NCBI GenBank assembly: GCA_001784585.1
Contig: MFRN01000013.1
Span: forward strand, 93,894 to 157,893
Direction: 5' to 3'
Source of the DNA: Candidatus Melainabacteria bacterium RIFCSPLOWO2_02_FULL_35_15
Lineage (GTDB): Bacteria; Cyanobacteriota; Vampirovibrionia; 2-02-FULL-35-15
DNA: 64,000 bases
Shown here: piece by piece, positions 10,170-19,288 of the stretch
How positions within the stretch are numbered: the first letter of the stretch is position 1
Layout: every line of letters begins with the position of its first letter
The notes under the pieces: model-generated
Told to the model about the DNA's origin: nothing
Seen by the model: the letters and a program-made list of their open reading frames with translations, nothing else
Databases searched by the model: none
Position numbers and translations under genes: made by a program

Positions 10170-11123
10170 CTAATTGTGGTTTATATTTAGTATCCCCTGA
10201 GTAAATCTAATACTGGCCATTCTGTCAAATGCTAAAGAAAGATGAGTCAGGTTATTAATATTTTCTGATATGTAATCAAGTCTTTTTAACATATCAACTA
10301 CTGCAGTACCTATCCATAAAAACCCCGATTGTGCAACAGGAGATTTTAAATCTATTGTATTTTTAGGATTATTTGCAGTGCCTGATTTTATGTTCGTATG
10401 AAACAGCAGAGCAGTTTCACCGGCAATACTTGCAGTATTTCTAATAATTGCTTCTAATTTTTTTAATCCTAACATTCCTAACACTGAGCCGGCTATTAGT
10501 GACGACGAAGAAAGGAAAACAGCATGAGCAAATTTTTTTATTTTGGATGGATTAGTATATATTTCTTTTATCATTTTAAAGCTTTCTTTAATGGTTGTTT
10601 CAAAACTACTTTGCCATCCTCTGTCTCTAAAATCTCCATTTACAACCTGTACATTTCCATCTTTATCAGGAACTGGATTTCCCTTGTCATCAACAATTTC
10701 ACGCTGATCAGTTATAATAGCAAAATTAATTAGTCCGCCACAAAGTCCTGTCGATACCCAAAGGTCATAGCCGCTACTGAACAGGGCTATTACAGGTGCC
10801 ATCAGGTAACCTATAAACGGAAAAACGTTTTTCTTCTGCCAGAGGTCAACTGCACCAATCACATGAATTGTGCTAAATGCAATTTTTACTAAAGCTTCAC
10901 TTAATGGTTCTAATTTTTCCTGCAGAGAATCTAAAAAATTAAAATTACCGTTTAAAAAAGTAAAAAGGCTGCATAGTGACGCACTCCCGTTAACAGCATA
11001 ATTAATATTTTTTTTTGTCTTGTAACTTGTTAAAATTTCATTTAATGAATTATTTATAAAGTCCTTGGTAGATAAAGAGTTATTACCAGAGCGAGGTACA
11101 TCTCCTTGAATAGCAACTGGCAT
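10170..11123 (-). CDS. Hypothetical membrane-associated protein (317 aa)
   Basis: It has 3-4 hydrophobic segments and no recognisable motif. It lies 68 nt downstream of preA on the same strand. Confidence 0.45.
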   Translation of the reverse strand: MPVAIQGDVPRSGNNSLSTKDFINNSLNEILTSYKTKKNINYAVNGSASLCSLFTFLNGNFNFLDSLQEKLEPLSEALVKIAFSTIHVIGAVDLWQKKNVFPFIGYLMAPVIALFSSGYDLWVSTGLCGGLINFAIITDQREIVDDKGNPVPDKDGNVQVVNGDFRDRGWQSSFETTIKESFKMIKEIYTNPSKIKKFAHAVFLSSSSLIAGSVLGMLGLKKLEAIIRNTASIAGETALLFHTNIKSGTANNPKNTIDLKSPVAQSGFLWIGTAVVDMLKRLDYISENINNLTHLSLAFDRMASIRFTQGILNINHN

Positions 11124-11145
11124 TAAAAATTATTCCTTATGAGGT

Positions 11146-11167
11146 ATTGTAATATTACGATTACAAT
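11146..11167. promoter_or_regulatory. Palindrome ATTGTAAT-N6-ATTACAAT between preA and the 317-aa gene
   Basis: A perfect 8-bp inverted repeat. It could be the operon terminator hairpin or an operator. Confidence 0.25.
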
Positions 11168-11191
11168 GAATTGTGTATTTTAAACTAAGTG

Positions 11192-12460
11192 CTAAGTAAG
11201 AGATTTGTAAGATTTCAATTGATTAGGATTTTTTGGATGATCTGCCCAGACAAGCTTTGGTTTACCAGCTCCAGCTGGAACCATCGTTATACAGTTTTCA
11301 ACAGGACAAACCAAACTACAGAGATTACATCCAACACAAGTGTCTTCTTTAATTTTTGGAACTCGTACTCCTGGTACTAAAGTAATTGACTGATGTGCAC
11401 CGTCTTCGCAGGCAGCATAACACAGCTGACATCCAATACATGTATCAGGACTTATATGTGCAATTATTTTGTAATTCAAATCTAACTCTTCCCATTTTCT
11501 TAGCTTCTTTGCAGCAATGCCTGTAAGATCACTGACTTTTTTCATTTTATGAGAATCCAGGTAGTCATTTAAACCTTCTTTTAAGTCACCTATAATTCTA
11601 AAACCATAATGCATAACAGCAGTACAGACCTGTACTGTACTTGCTCCCATTAAAAAGAATTCCACAGCATCCTGCCAACTTTCAATTCCGCCAATTCCTG
11701 AAACAGGAAGATGAAAGTCCGGATGGTTTCTTACTTCTGAGAGCATATTTAATGCAATTGGTTTTACTGCAGGACCACAGTATCCTCCATGTGTAGAAAG
11801 TCCACCGACACTGGGATTTGGCTCCATGGTATCAATGTTTATTCCGGTTACTGAGTTTATGGTATTTATTAAAGAAACAGCCTTTGCACCTCCGCGCTGT
11901 GCTGCCAGCGCTGGTTTTGTTATGTCTGTAACATTTGGGGTTAATTTTACAATTACTGGTTTTTTTGCAACTTCAGTTACCCAGGAAGTAATCCGTTCGC
12001 AAACATCCGGGTTTTGTCCTACAGCAGATCCCATCCCTCTTTCACACATACCATGCGGACAACCAAAATTAAGTTCAAAACCATCTATGCCTATATCTTC
12101 ACATCGTTTAACACAATCCTGCCACTCTTCTTTAGTTTCAAACATCATTGAAGCAATTAATGCATGTTTTGGAAATCTTTCCTTTACTTCTTTCATTTCT
12201 TTAAGATTAATTTCCAGAGGGCGATCAGTAATTAACTCAATATTATTTAAACCTATCATACGGCTATTTTTATAAGAAACAGCACTGTACCTGCTGGATA
12301 CATTTACAACAGGCTTACCCAGTGTTTTCCAGACTGCCCCACCCCAGCCGGCACAAAATGCATTCATAACCTGATAGCCAGTGTTTGTAGGCGGAGCAGA
12401 TGCCAGCCAAAAAGGATTTGGACATTCAATGCCTGCAAAGTTTGTTTTTAAGTCAGCCAT
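11192..12460 (-). CDS. preA: NAD-dependent dihydropyrimidine dehydrogenase subunit PreA (DHOD-like FMN domain plus 2x[4Fe-4S])
   Basis: A DHOD-like TIM barrel, then C-terminal CIGCQLCYAACEDG and CVGCNLCSLVCP ferredoxin motifs. Confidence 0.85.
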   Translation of the reverse strand: MADLKTNFAGIECPNPFWLASAPPTNTGYQVMNAFCAGWGGAVWKTLGKPVVNVSSRYSAVSYKNSRMIGLNNIELITDRPLEINLKEMKEVKERFPKHALIASMMFETKEEWQDCVKRCEDIGIDGFELNFGCPHGMCERGMGSAVGQNPDVCERITSWVTEVAKKPVIVKLTPNVTDITKPALAAQRGGAKAVSLINTINSVTGINIDTMEPNPSVGGLSTHGGYCGPAVKPIALNMLSEVRNHPDFHLPVSGIGGIESWQDAVEFFLMGASTVQVCTAVMHYGFRIIGDLKEGLNDYLDSHKMKKVSDLTGIAAKKLRKWEELDLNYKIIAHISPDTCIGCQLCYAACEDGAHQSITLVPGVRVPKIKEDTCVGCNLCSLVCPVENCITMVPAGAGKPKLVWADHPKNPNQLKSYKSLT

Positions 12461-13763
12461 TAAACTTTCCTTTCATCAGATATTCATGAATTCCACATGC
12501 AGCATCTCTGCCATCTGCTACGGCATTAACGACTTCTTTCCCGCCATTAATACAATCTCCACCAGCAAAGTATTTAGGATTTTTAGTTTGAAAAAAATTA
12601 TTTACCAGAATCTTTCCATTATTTAATTCTAAATCGGGTATAGAACTGTAAAAATTAATCATTTTTTCCTGTCCTGTAGCCAGAATAACCATATTACAGG
12701 GAATTACAAATTCTGAATCTTTAATCGGTATAATTTCGGATTTTTTACTGCCATTTTTTTTCTCAAGTTTGTTTTTTATACACTTTAAACCTTCAGTTGT
12801 TTCCTTCCCGAGGATCTCAAGAGGTGAAGCAAGATATATGAACTTAACGTTATTTTTTTTTGCAAGTTCAACTTCGAAAAAGTATGCATTTTGTTCTTTT
12901 TCAGATCGTCTGTAAATAACGGTTACATCAGCTCCGAGCTTGGAAGACTCTACGGCAGCATCTATTGCAGTATTTCCTCCGCCAAGTACGATTACTTTTT
13001 CCCCGACACTAATCTTTTGTTCTTTTTTCCTAAGTTCATAGATAAACTCACTGGCACCGCAAACACCTTTCAGGTTTTCTCCGGACACATTAAGTTTTTT
13101 TGATTTCCCAAGTCCTGTCCCTAAGAATATTGCATCATATTTTTTTTCAAGTTCATGTATCATAGCGTTATTTACAGGAGTGTTTGTTTTAATTTCAAAA
13201 CCAATTTCTGAAATATAGTTAACTTCCTGCAGGGAATCTTTATTTGTATATTTGTACGGTGCCACTCCATAAGTATTTAAGCCACCTGCTTTTTCGTTTG
13301 CTTCGTATACGACTACATCATGCCCTAAAACTGTAAGTCTGTGTGCACAGGCAAGTCCTGCCGGTCCCCCGCCAACTACAGCTATTTTCTTATTTGTCGG
13401 TAAGCCTTTTTTAAAGAAGCAGATATTATTTTCAATTGCCCAGTCAGTTGCACATGCCTGAAGCCTGCCAATATTAATGGGTCTTTCATTTAAATGATTG
13501 TAAACACAGGCACCCTCACATAAAACCTCTGTCGGACAAACATGTGCACAGGATTTTCCTAAAATATTTTGAGTAAATATTGTTTTGGCTGCACCTTTAA
13601 CATTATGTGTCATAATTTGTCTGATAAACATTGGAACATCAATTGATGTCGGACAAGCCCTTATGCAAGGAGCATCGTGACAGAATAAGCAACGTGATGC
13701 CTCAACAAGCGACTCAGTCTTTGTCATTCTTGGTTTTATACTGGAAAATTTATTTTCTGTCAT
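12453..13763 (-). CDS. preT: Dihydropyrimidine dehydrogenase subunit PreT (GltD-like FAD/NAD oxidoreductase)
   Basis: N-terminal Cys cluster, then two Rossmann GxGxxG motifs (VVGGGPAGLACA, VLGGGNTAIDAA). It overlaps preA by 8 nt. Confidence 0.85.
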   Translation of the reverse strand: MTENKFSSIKPRMTKTESLVEASRCLFCHDAPCIRACPTSIDVPMFIRQIMTHNVKGAAKTIFTQNILGKSCAHVCPTEVLCEGACVYNHLNERPINIGRLQACATDWAIENNICFFKKGLPTNKKIAVVGGGPAGLACAHRLTVLGHDVVVYEANEKAGGLNTYGVAPYKYTNKDSLQEVNYISEIGFEIKTNTPVNNAMIHELEKKYDAIFLGTGLGKSKKLNVSGENLKGVCGASEFIYELRKKEQKISVGEKVIVLGGGNTAIDAAVESSKLGADVTVIYRRSEKEQNAYFFEVELAKKNNVKFIYLASPLEILGKETTEGLKCIKNKLEKKNGSKKSEIIPIKDSEFVIPCNMVILATGQEKMINFYSSIPDLELNNGKILVNNFFQTKNPKYFAGGDCINGGKEVVNAVADGRDAACGIHEYLMKGKFNG

Positions 13764-13766
13764 GAT

Positions 13767-15092
13767 CTAGGATTTATTTACTGATAGTATTTTCAGAGAT
13801 TCATTAAATACATTAAGCATAAAATCAACTTGTTTTTTATTTATAGAAAGTGCCGGTGCAAGTCTTATTACATTTCCAGAAAGTCCGCCTTTACCAATGA
13901 GGAGTCCCCGATCCTTGCATAATTCCATAAGCTCTGCGCATTCTTTTATAGCATGTTCTTTTGTATTTCTGTCTTTTACAAGTTCAATTCCTATAAGCAA
14001 CCCGCGCCCTCTTACATCACCAATAATTTTGTACTCATTCATCAGTTCTTCAAGACCCTTACGTAAATATTCTCCCATTAGTTTTGTATTTTTTATCAGG
14101 TCTTCTGCTTCAATTATTTCCATAGTCTTTAAAGCCTGCATAGCCTGGTAAGGATCACCGCCAAATGTATTAAAGTACAGTTTGCCTGACAGAGTATTTG
14201 CAATGTCTTCTTTCATTAATACAGCTCCTATTGGAGCACCATTACCAAACCCTTTCGCCATAGTGATTATGTCGGCATCAATTTTTAGTGATTTAGTAAG
14301 AAGAAAATCTTCCCCGCATCTTCCGGCCCCGCTTTGCACCTCATCACTGATATATTTACCGCCATATTTATGTACAATTTTTGTAACTTCATGAAAATAT
14401 TCTTTTCGTGGGGTAATTACCCCGCCAATTCCCATTACTGGTTCTGCAATAAATGCAGCAATTTTTCCATGCGTAGAGGTTTGAATAGTAGTTTCTACAT
14501 TTTTTGCACATTCAAGATGACAGCTTTCAGGTTTTTGATTAAATGGACAGCGATAACAATATGGTTCAAGTGCAGATGTTACAGATGACACCGGCTGGGC
14601 TTTAAATCGCCAGGTATGATGACCACAGTTTGAAAGCGTACCTGATGTGCCACCATGATAGCCATGCCTGAGATTAACTACAATTGTTTCACCTGTTGTA
14701 TGGCGGGCTGCCATAAAAGCAAGTTCATTTGCTTCTGAACCTGAATTTGTAAATGAACATTTATTAATTCCATCCGGTGCTTCAGAGATAAGTTTTGTCA
14801 CCAGGTCAGCAGGATGCTGATTTAAATAAACTGTGGAAGTATGCTGAATCTCATCATTTCTAATCATCTTTATTAACGCTTCTTGTATCTCCGGATGATT
14901 GTGCCCGACTGAATTACAGACAATACCTCCAATTGCATCCAGATATTCAGTACCTTTTTCATCGTAGACATAGCTACCTTTTCCTTTTACAAGCTGTAGC
15001 GGATTTTTATAGTATAAAAAAGCAGTAGGAAGAAAATTTTTCTTCCTAATCTCAACTAATTCTTCTTTTTTTGTTTTTGTCTTAACTTCCAA
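13767..15092 (-). CDS. Class III aminotransferase (beta-alanine or omega-amino acid:pyruvate/2-oxoglutarate transaminase)
   Basis: PLP-fold AT-III motifs (FIAEPVMGIGGVI, DEVQSGAGRCG, the Lys in TMAKG). Its position in the pyrimidine-degradation operon suggests it acts on beta-alanine. Confidence 0.8.
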   Translation of the reverse strand: MEVKTKTKKEELVEIRKKNFLPTAFLYYKNPLQLVKGKGSYVYDEKGTEYLDAIGGIVCNSVGHNHPEIQEALIKMIRNDEIQHTSTVYLNQHPADLVTKLISEAPDGINKCSFTNSGSEANELAFMAARHTTGETIVVNLRHGYHGGTSGTLSNCGHHTWRFKAQPVSSVTSALEPYCYRCPFNQKPESCHLECAKNVETTIQTSTHGKIAAFIAEPVMGIGGVITPRKEYFHEVTKIVHKYGGKYISDEVQSGAGRCGEDFLLTKSLKIDADIITMAKGFGNGAPIGAVLMKEDIANTLSGKLYFNTFGGDPYQAMQALKTMEIIEAEDLIKNTKLMGEYLRKGLEELMNEYKIIGDVRGRGLLIGIELVKDRNTKEHAIKECAELMELCKDRGLLIGKGGLSGNVIRLAPALSINKKQVDFMLNVFNESLKILSVNKS

Positions 15093-15108
15093 TTGCCCTG
15101 TCTGCCCT

Positions 15109-15978
15109 TTACAGTGCTACCAGCTCTTTATATGTTTCCGGTCGTCTGTCTCTATAAAACTGCCAGAGATCCCGAGCTTCTTTGATTTCATCCATATTAA
15201 TATCACAAACTAAAAGCTCATCTTTGTTTCTTGAAGCTTGTACCAGAATTTGTCCTTTTGGATTAACAATATAAGATGAACCGTAAAACTCGCCAATATT
15301 CCATGGAGCTTCTGTTCCAACACGATTAATCGCACAGACAAAGTATCCGTTTGCTACAGCATGTGCCGGCTGTTCTACTTTCCAGATATATTCTGATAAG
15401 CCAGCTACAGTAGCAGAAGGATTAAAAACAATTTCAGCTCCGTTTAAACCCAGACATCTTGCACCATCGGGGAAATGCCTGTCATAACAAAGATAAACAC
15501 CAATACTTCCATATTTTGTTTTAAAAACCGGATAGCCAAGATTTCCAGGCCTGAAGAAAAACTTTTCCCAGAATCCTTTAACCTGCGGGATGTGATTTTT
15601 CCTGTATTTACCAAGATATTTACCATCTGCATCAATAACAGAAGCAGTATTGTAATAAACACCTGTCATTTCCATTTCATAAATCGGTACAATAATTACC
15701 ATATTATATTTTTTTGCAAAGTTGCACATAAGCTGTGTAGTATGACCATCAGGAATTGGCTCTGCAAGGTCATACCACTTTGTATCCTGTGACGGACAAA
15801 AATAAGGACCTGTAAACATTTCCTGGAAACAAAGCATCTGAACTTTTTTACCGGCTGCTTCTTCTATATAAGGAATGTGTGCATCAATCATTGCTTTTAC
15901 ATGTTCTTTACATGAAGACTCTGCAGGCAATTTATTTGCCATTTGTATTAATCCGATTTTTACTGTTTTTGATGTCAT
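15109..15978 (-). CDS. Beta-ureidopropionase (N-carbamoyl-beta-alanine amidohydrolase, CN-hydrolase family)
   Basis: Carbon-nitrogen hydrolase fold (E-K-C triad region CFQEMF, GVYLCYDRHFP). The operon context supports the call. Confidence 0.8.
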   Translation of the reverse strand: MTSKTVKIGLIQMANKLPAESSCKEHVKAMIDAHIPYIEEAAGKKVQMLCFQEMFTGPYFCPSQDTKWYDLAEPIPDGHTTQLMCNFAKKYNMVIIVPIYEMEMTGVYYNTASVIDADGKYLGKYRKNHIPQVKGFWEKFFFRPGNLGYPVFKTKYGSIGVYLCYDRHFPDGARCLGLNGAEIVFNPSATVAGLSEYIWKVEQPAHAVANGYFVCAINRVGTEAPWNIGEFYGSSYIVNPKGQILVQASRNKDELLVCDINMDEIKEARDLWQFYRDRRPETYKELVAL

Positions 15979-17420
15979 GAAATTGCTCCTGTTAATTCTT
16001 TCTCTTTTTTATACTCTTTATTATACTGACTGCGTTTAATATATTTCCCAAATCCTTTTTTGATTAAGGCTTGAGCGTTATCTATAGCAATTGTTCCTCT
16101 AAGTATAACTGTTTTACATTTGCCCTGAACCTGCCAGCCTTCAAATGCAGAATAATCACATTTGTGATGGTGTGTTTTTGCTGAGAGCGTATGTTTTATA
16201 TTCGGATCAAAGATTACAATATCAGCATCAGCTCCTGCAGCAATAGTTCCTTTTTTAGGAAACATACCAAAAATTTTTGCAGCTTGTGTAGAAGTTAGTT
16301 CAACAAACTTGTTTAATGAAATTTTTTCTTTCAGCACACCCTCGGAAAATAAAAGTTCCAGCCTGTGTTCAATTCCAGGAATTCCGTTTGGGATTTTTGA
16401 AAAGTCACTAATGCCCATACGTTTTTGATCCATACAAAAAGGACAATGATCGGTAGCTACTGTATGAACAAGATTTTGAGCAATACCGCTCCAGAGAGCA
16501 GCTCTGTCTTTTTCTTTTCTAAGGGGAGGACTCATTATCCATTTTGCCCCTTCAAAGCCGGGACTTTCATAAAGTGACTCATCCAGCAAAAGGTATTGAA
16601 TGCAGGTTTCAGCATTTACTTTTTGGTTTCGTTTTGTAGCTTCACGAACCCTGTTCAATGCTGCCTCACAGGTCATATGAACAATGTAAAGCGGATGACT
16701 GCCCTGATATGCCATATCTATAATTCTTCCTGTGGCTTCAGCTTCTGCAATCTCAGGGCGTGTAAGGTAATGATACACAGGTGATAAATTACCTTTTAAT
16801 TTTGCTTCACTGACAAGCTCATCAATCATATCCCCATTTTCACAGTGTGAAATAACCATACCACCATATTTACCGGCTTCTTTCATAAGCCCGATAATTT
16901 GTCTGTCATCTATCATCAGGGCACCTTTATAAGCCATAAATATTTTAAAAGAAGAGATTCCGTCTTTTTCACAGATCTCTTTAATTTCTTTTTGAGTGTT
17001 TTTGTTAAAATCAGTAACTCCCATATGAAAAGCATAATCACAGACAGCATTTCCATCTGCTTTTCTATGCCATTCATCAATAGCACTTTTCAGAGACTTC
17101 CCTTGAGTTTGAATAGCAAAATCAATGATAGTAGTGGTACCACCGTATAAACCTGCAATGGTACCAGTCTCAAAAGTATCACTGGCACAGGTCCCCATAA
17201 ACGGAAGTTCCATATGAGTGTGGGGATCTATGCCTCCGGGAAAAAGATAACAATTTTTTGCATCAATAATTTCATCAGCATTAAAATTTAAATTTTTTCC
17301 AATGGTATGGATTTGTTCACCTTCTGTATAAACATCTGCTTCATACTTGTCGACAGCTGTAACAAGCAGTCCATTTTTAATTAATAATGATTTCACCATA
17401 TGCCTGAGTCTTTGATCCAT
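15975..17420 (-). CDS. hydA: Dihydropyrimidinase / D-hydantoinase
   Basis: Cyclic amidohydrolase motifs (PGGIDPHTHM, a carboxylated Lys region, HCENG). 481 aa. The start may instead be the internal Met, MVKSLLIKNG. Confidence 0.85.
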   Translation of the reverse strand: MDQRLRHMVKSLLIKNGLLVTAVDKYEADVYTEGEQIHTIGKNLNFNADEIIDAKNCYLFPGGIDPHTHMELPFMGTCASDTFETGTIAGLYGGTTTIIDFAIQTQGKSLKSAIDEWHRKADGNAVCDYAFHMGVTDFNKNTQKEIKEICEKDGISSFKIFMAYKGALMIDDRQIIGLMKEAGKYGGMVISHCENGDMIDELVSEAKLKGNLSPVYHYLTRPEIAEAEATGRIIDMAYQGSHPLYIVHMTCEAALNRVREATKRNQKVNAETCIQYLLLDESLYESPGFEGAKWIMSPPLRKEKDRAALWSGIAQNLVHTVATDHCPFCMDQKRMGISDFSKIPNGIPGIEHRLELLFSEGVLKEKISLNKFVELTSTQAAKIFGMFPKKGTIAAGADADIVIFDPNIKHTLSAKTHHHKCDYSAFEGWQVQGKCKTVILRGTIAIDNAQALIKKGFGKYIKRSQYNKEYKKEKELTGAIS

Positions 17421-18922
17421 CTTTTAATGGTTACTTTAGTATCTGTATAAAAATCTATACATGCCTGTCCATGAGCTTTAGTATCACCAAAAAATGAAGC
17501 CTTTGTTCCGCCAAAAGAAAAAAATGCCATAGGTGCCGGAACACCAATATTTATGCCGATCATACTAGGGTCAACTTCATATGAAAACTGTCGTGCCGCT
17601 GCACCGCTTGATGTAAAAAGTGAAGCAGTGTTTGCATATTCAGAACTATTTAACCATTTAACAGACTCATCAAAGTCTTTGGTTTTTGCTAAGCAGATAA
17701 CCGGTCCGAAAACTTCTTCTTTAGCAATTCTCATATCCGGCTTAATTTTACCAAGTACAGTAGGCTTTAAGAAATAACCATTTAAATGATCGACATCTTT
17801 ACGACCATCAATTAAAATCTCTGCTCCTTCGTCGATGGCGGATTGTATAAGTGCTTTAACTCTTTTTTTTGCATCTTCGGAAATAAGCGGTCCGATACCA
17901 GAGCCTGGATCCAGCCCGTCGCCAATATTAATCTCTTTTGCTTTTTTTGTAAGTTTTTCTTTAAGTATGTCATAGGTCTCTCCTGCACAAAGAACTACTG
18001 AGCCTGCAAGGCATCTCTGTCCTGCACATCCGGTGCAGGACTCAAAAACAGTTTTTACAGTCAGTTCCATATTTGCATCAGGTAAAACTACCATAAAGTT
18101 TTTAGCACCGCCAAGAGCCTGTACTCTTTTGCCATGTGAGCTGGCAGTTTCATAAACGTATCTGGCTACAGGAGTCGACCCGACAAATGAAATGCCTTTT
18201 ATATCAGGATGAGTGCACAATGCATTCACAATTTCTTTGCTTCCGTTAACCAGATTTAAAACACCTTTTGGCATACCGGCTTCTTCAATAAGTTTAAAAA
18301 TCATAATTTGCGTAAGCGGCACTCTTTCACTGGGTTTTAAAACAAAAGTATTTCCAGCCGCTACAGCAAAAGGCCAAAACCAGAATGGTACCATTGAAGG
18401 AAAATTAAACGGTGTAACAGCAGCAAATACTCCAAGTGGTCTTTTTATGGCATGACAATCAATGCCTGAAGCAATATCTTCAAGCGACTTTCCCATAAGC
18501 AGTGTGGGCATGCCACAAGCCATTTCAATCATTTGAATTCCACGGCGAACATCTCCCCGGGATTCTGCTAAAATTTTTCCATTTTCCTGTGTACATATTC
18601 TGGAGAGATCTTCAAAGTTTTTTTCCAGCAAGGTTTTAAGTCTGAACAAAATTTGAACTTTGTCAATGACCGGAACTTCTCTCCATGTTTTAAAAGCTTC
18701 TTTGGCGGCTTTCACTCCGCCATCTGCATCCTGTGAGGTTCCTAAGGGACACTTACCTATTATTTTTTTATTTGCCGGATTAATAATATCTACTGTTTCA
18801 GTTCCGATTGACGGAATCCAGCTACCATTAATATAGTTTTTTACCGTAGAAATATTTTGATCTTTATCAGTATTTCTCTCCTTTATTAGAATTCCTGGTG
18901 ACTTTTCATCCTTAAGAGCCAT
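17393..18922 (-). CDS. mmsA: Methylmalonate/malonate-semialdehyde dehydrogenase (CoA-acylating)
   Basis: ALDH fold with VLKPSE and the catalytic Cys in the CTGCAGQRC region. It is the first gene of the operon. Confidence 0.85.
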   Translation of the reverse strand: MALKDEKSPGILIKERNTDKDQNISTVKNYINGSWIPSIGTETVDIINPANKKIIGKCPLGTSQDADGGVKAAKEAFKTWREVPVIDKVQILFRLKTLLEKNFEDLSRICTQENGKILAESRGDVRRGIQMIEMACGMPTLLMGKSLEDIASGIDCHAIKRPLGVFAAVTPFNFPSMVPFWFWPFAVAAGNTFVLKPSERVPLTQIMIFKLIEEAGMPKGVLNLVNGSKEIVNALCTHPDIKGISFVGSTPVARYVYETASSHGKRVQALGGAKNFMVVLPDANMELTVKTVFESCTGCAGQRCLAGSVVLCAGETYDILKEKLTKKAKEINIGDGLDPGSGIGPLISEDAKKRVKALIQSAIDEGAEILIDGRKDVDHLNGYFLKPTVLGKIKPDMRIAKEEVFGPVICLAKTKDFDESVKWLNSSEYANTASLFTSSGAAARQFSYEVDPSMIGINIGVPAPMAFFSFGGTKASFFGDTKAHGQACIDFYTDTKVTIKRWIKDSGIW

Positions 18923-18969
18923 ATTTCCTCCATTACGGTGTTTGAAATTTGTTTATTTTGTGTACTGTG

Positions 18970-19005
18970 CTGGAAATCTTACAATTTATAAATGCTTTAT
19001 GTCAA
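18970..19005 (-). promoter_or_regulatory. Candidate sigma70-like promoter for the pyrimidine-catabolism operon
   Basis: On the minus strand, TTGACA is followed by 18 nt and then TAAGAT, about 50-80 nt upstream of the mmsA ATG. This is a visual match only. Confidence 0.25.
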
Positions 19006-19074
19006 TTATATTAAAGGAACGTAGTTACTGCCTAGCTATGTTACTAAGTCTAACCTGACTAACTTACAAAGAAA

Positions 19075-19102
19075 GGTTTTGCCTGGTTTATCCAGCAAAA
19101 CC
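19075..19102 (-). ncRNA. Hairpin H1, member of the conserved RUAAA-loop hairpin family
   Basis: The minus-strand reading is GGTTTTGC-TGG-ATAAA-CCA-G-GCAAAACC followed by TTTCTTTGT. It is collinear with H2 (49954..49981), with compensatory changes in the inner stem. Confidence 0.35.
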
Positions 19103-19288
19103 TGAAAAATGATACAAAAGGCAGACTGCGAGCACTTTGCAAAGCCCGACCTGCGAGGTACGAAGCAAGGAGGGCAGTAGACAAAAACGAAATGTAGAGA
19201 TATCCTGGCTTCAATTTAACCTTACTTTAACTAAACATGCTTATTATGCCTTTTATAAATCCAAAAAATGATTTAGGGAGGAAATACC

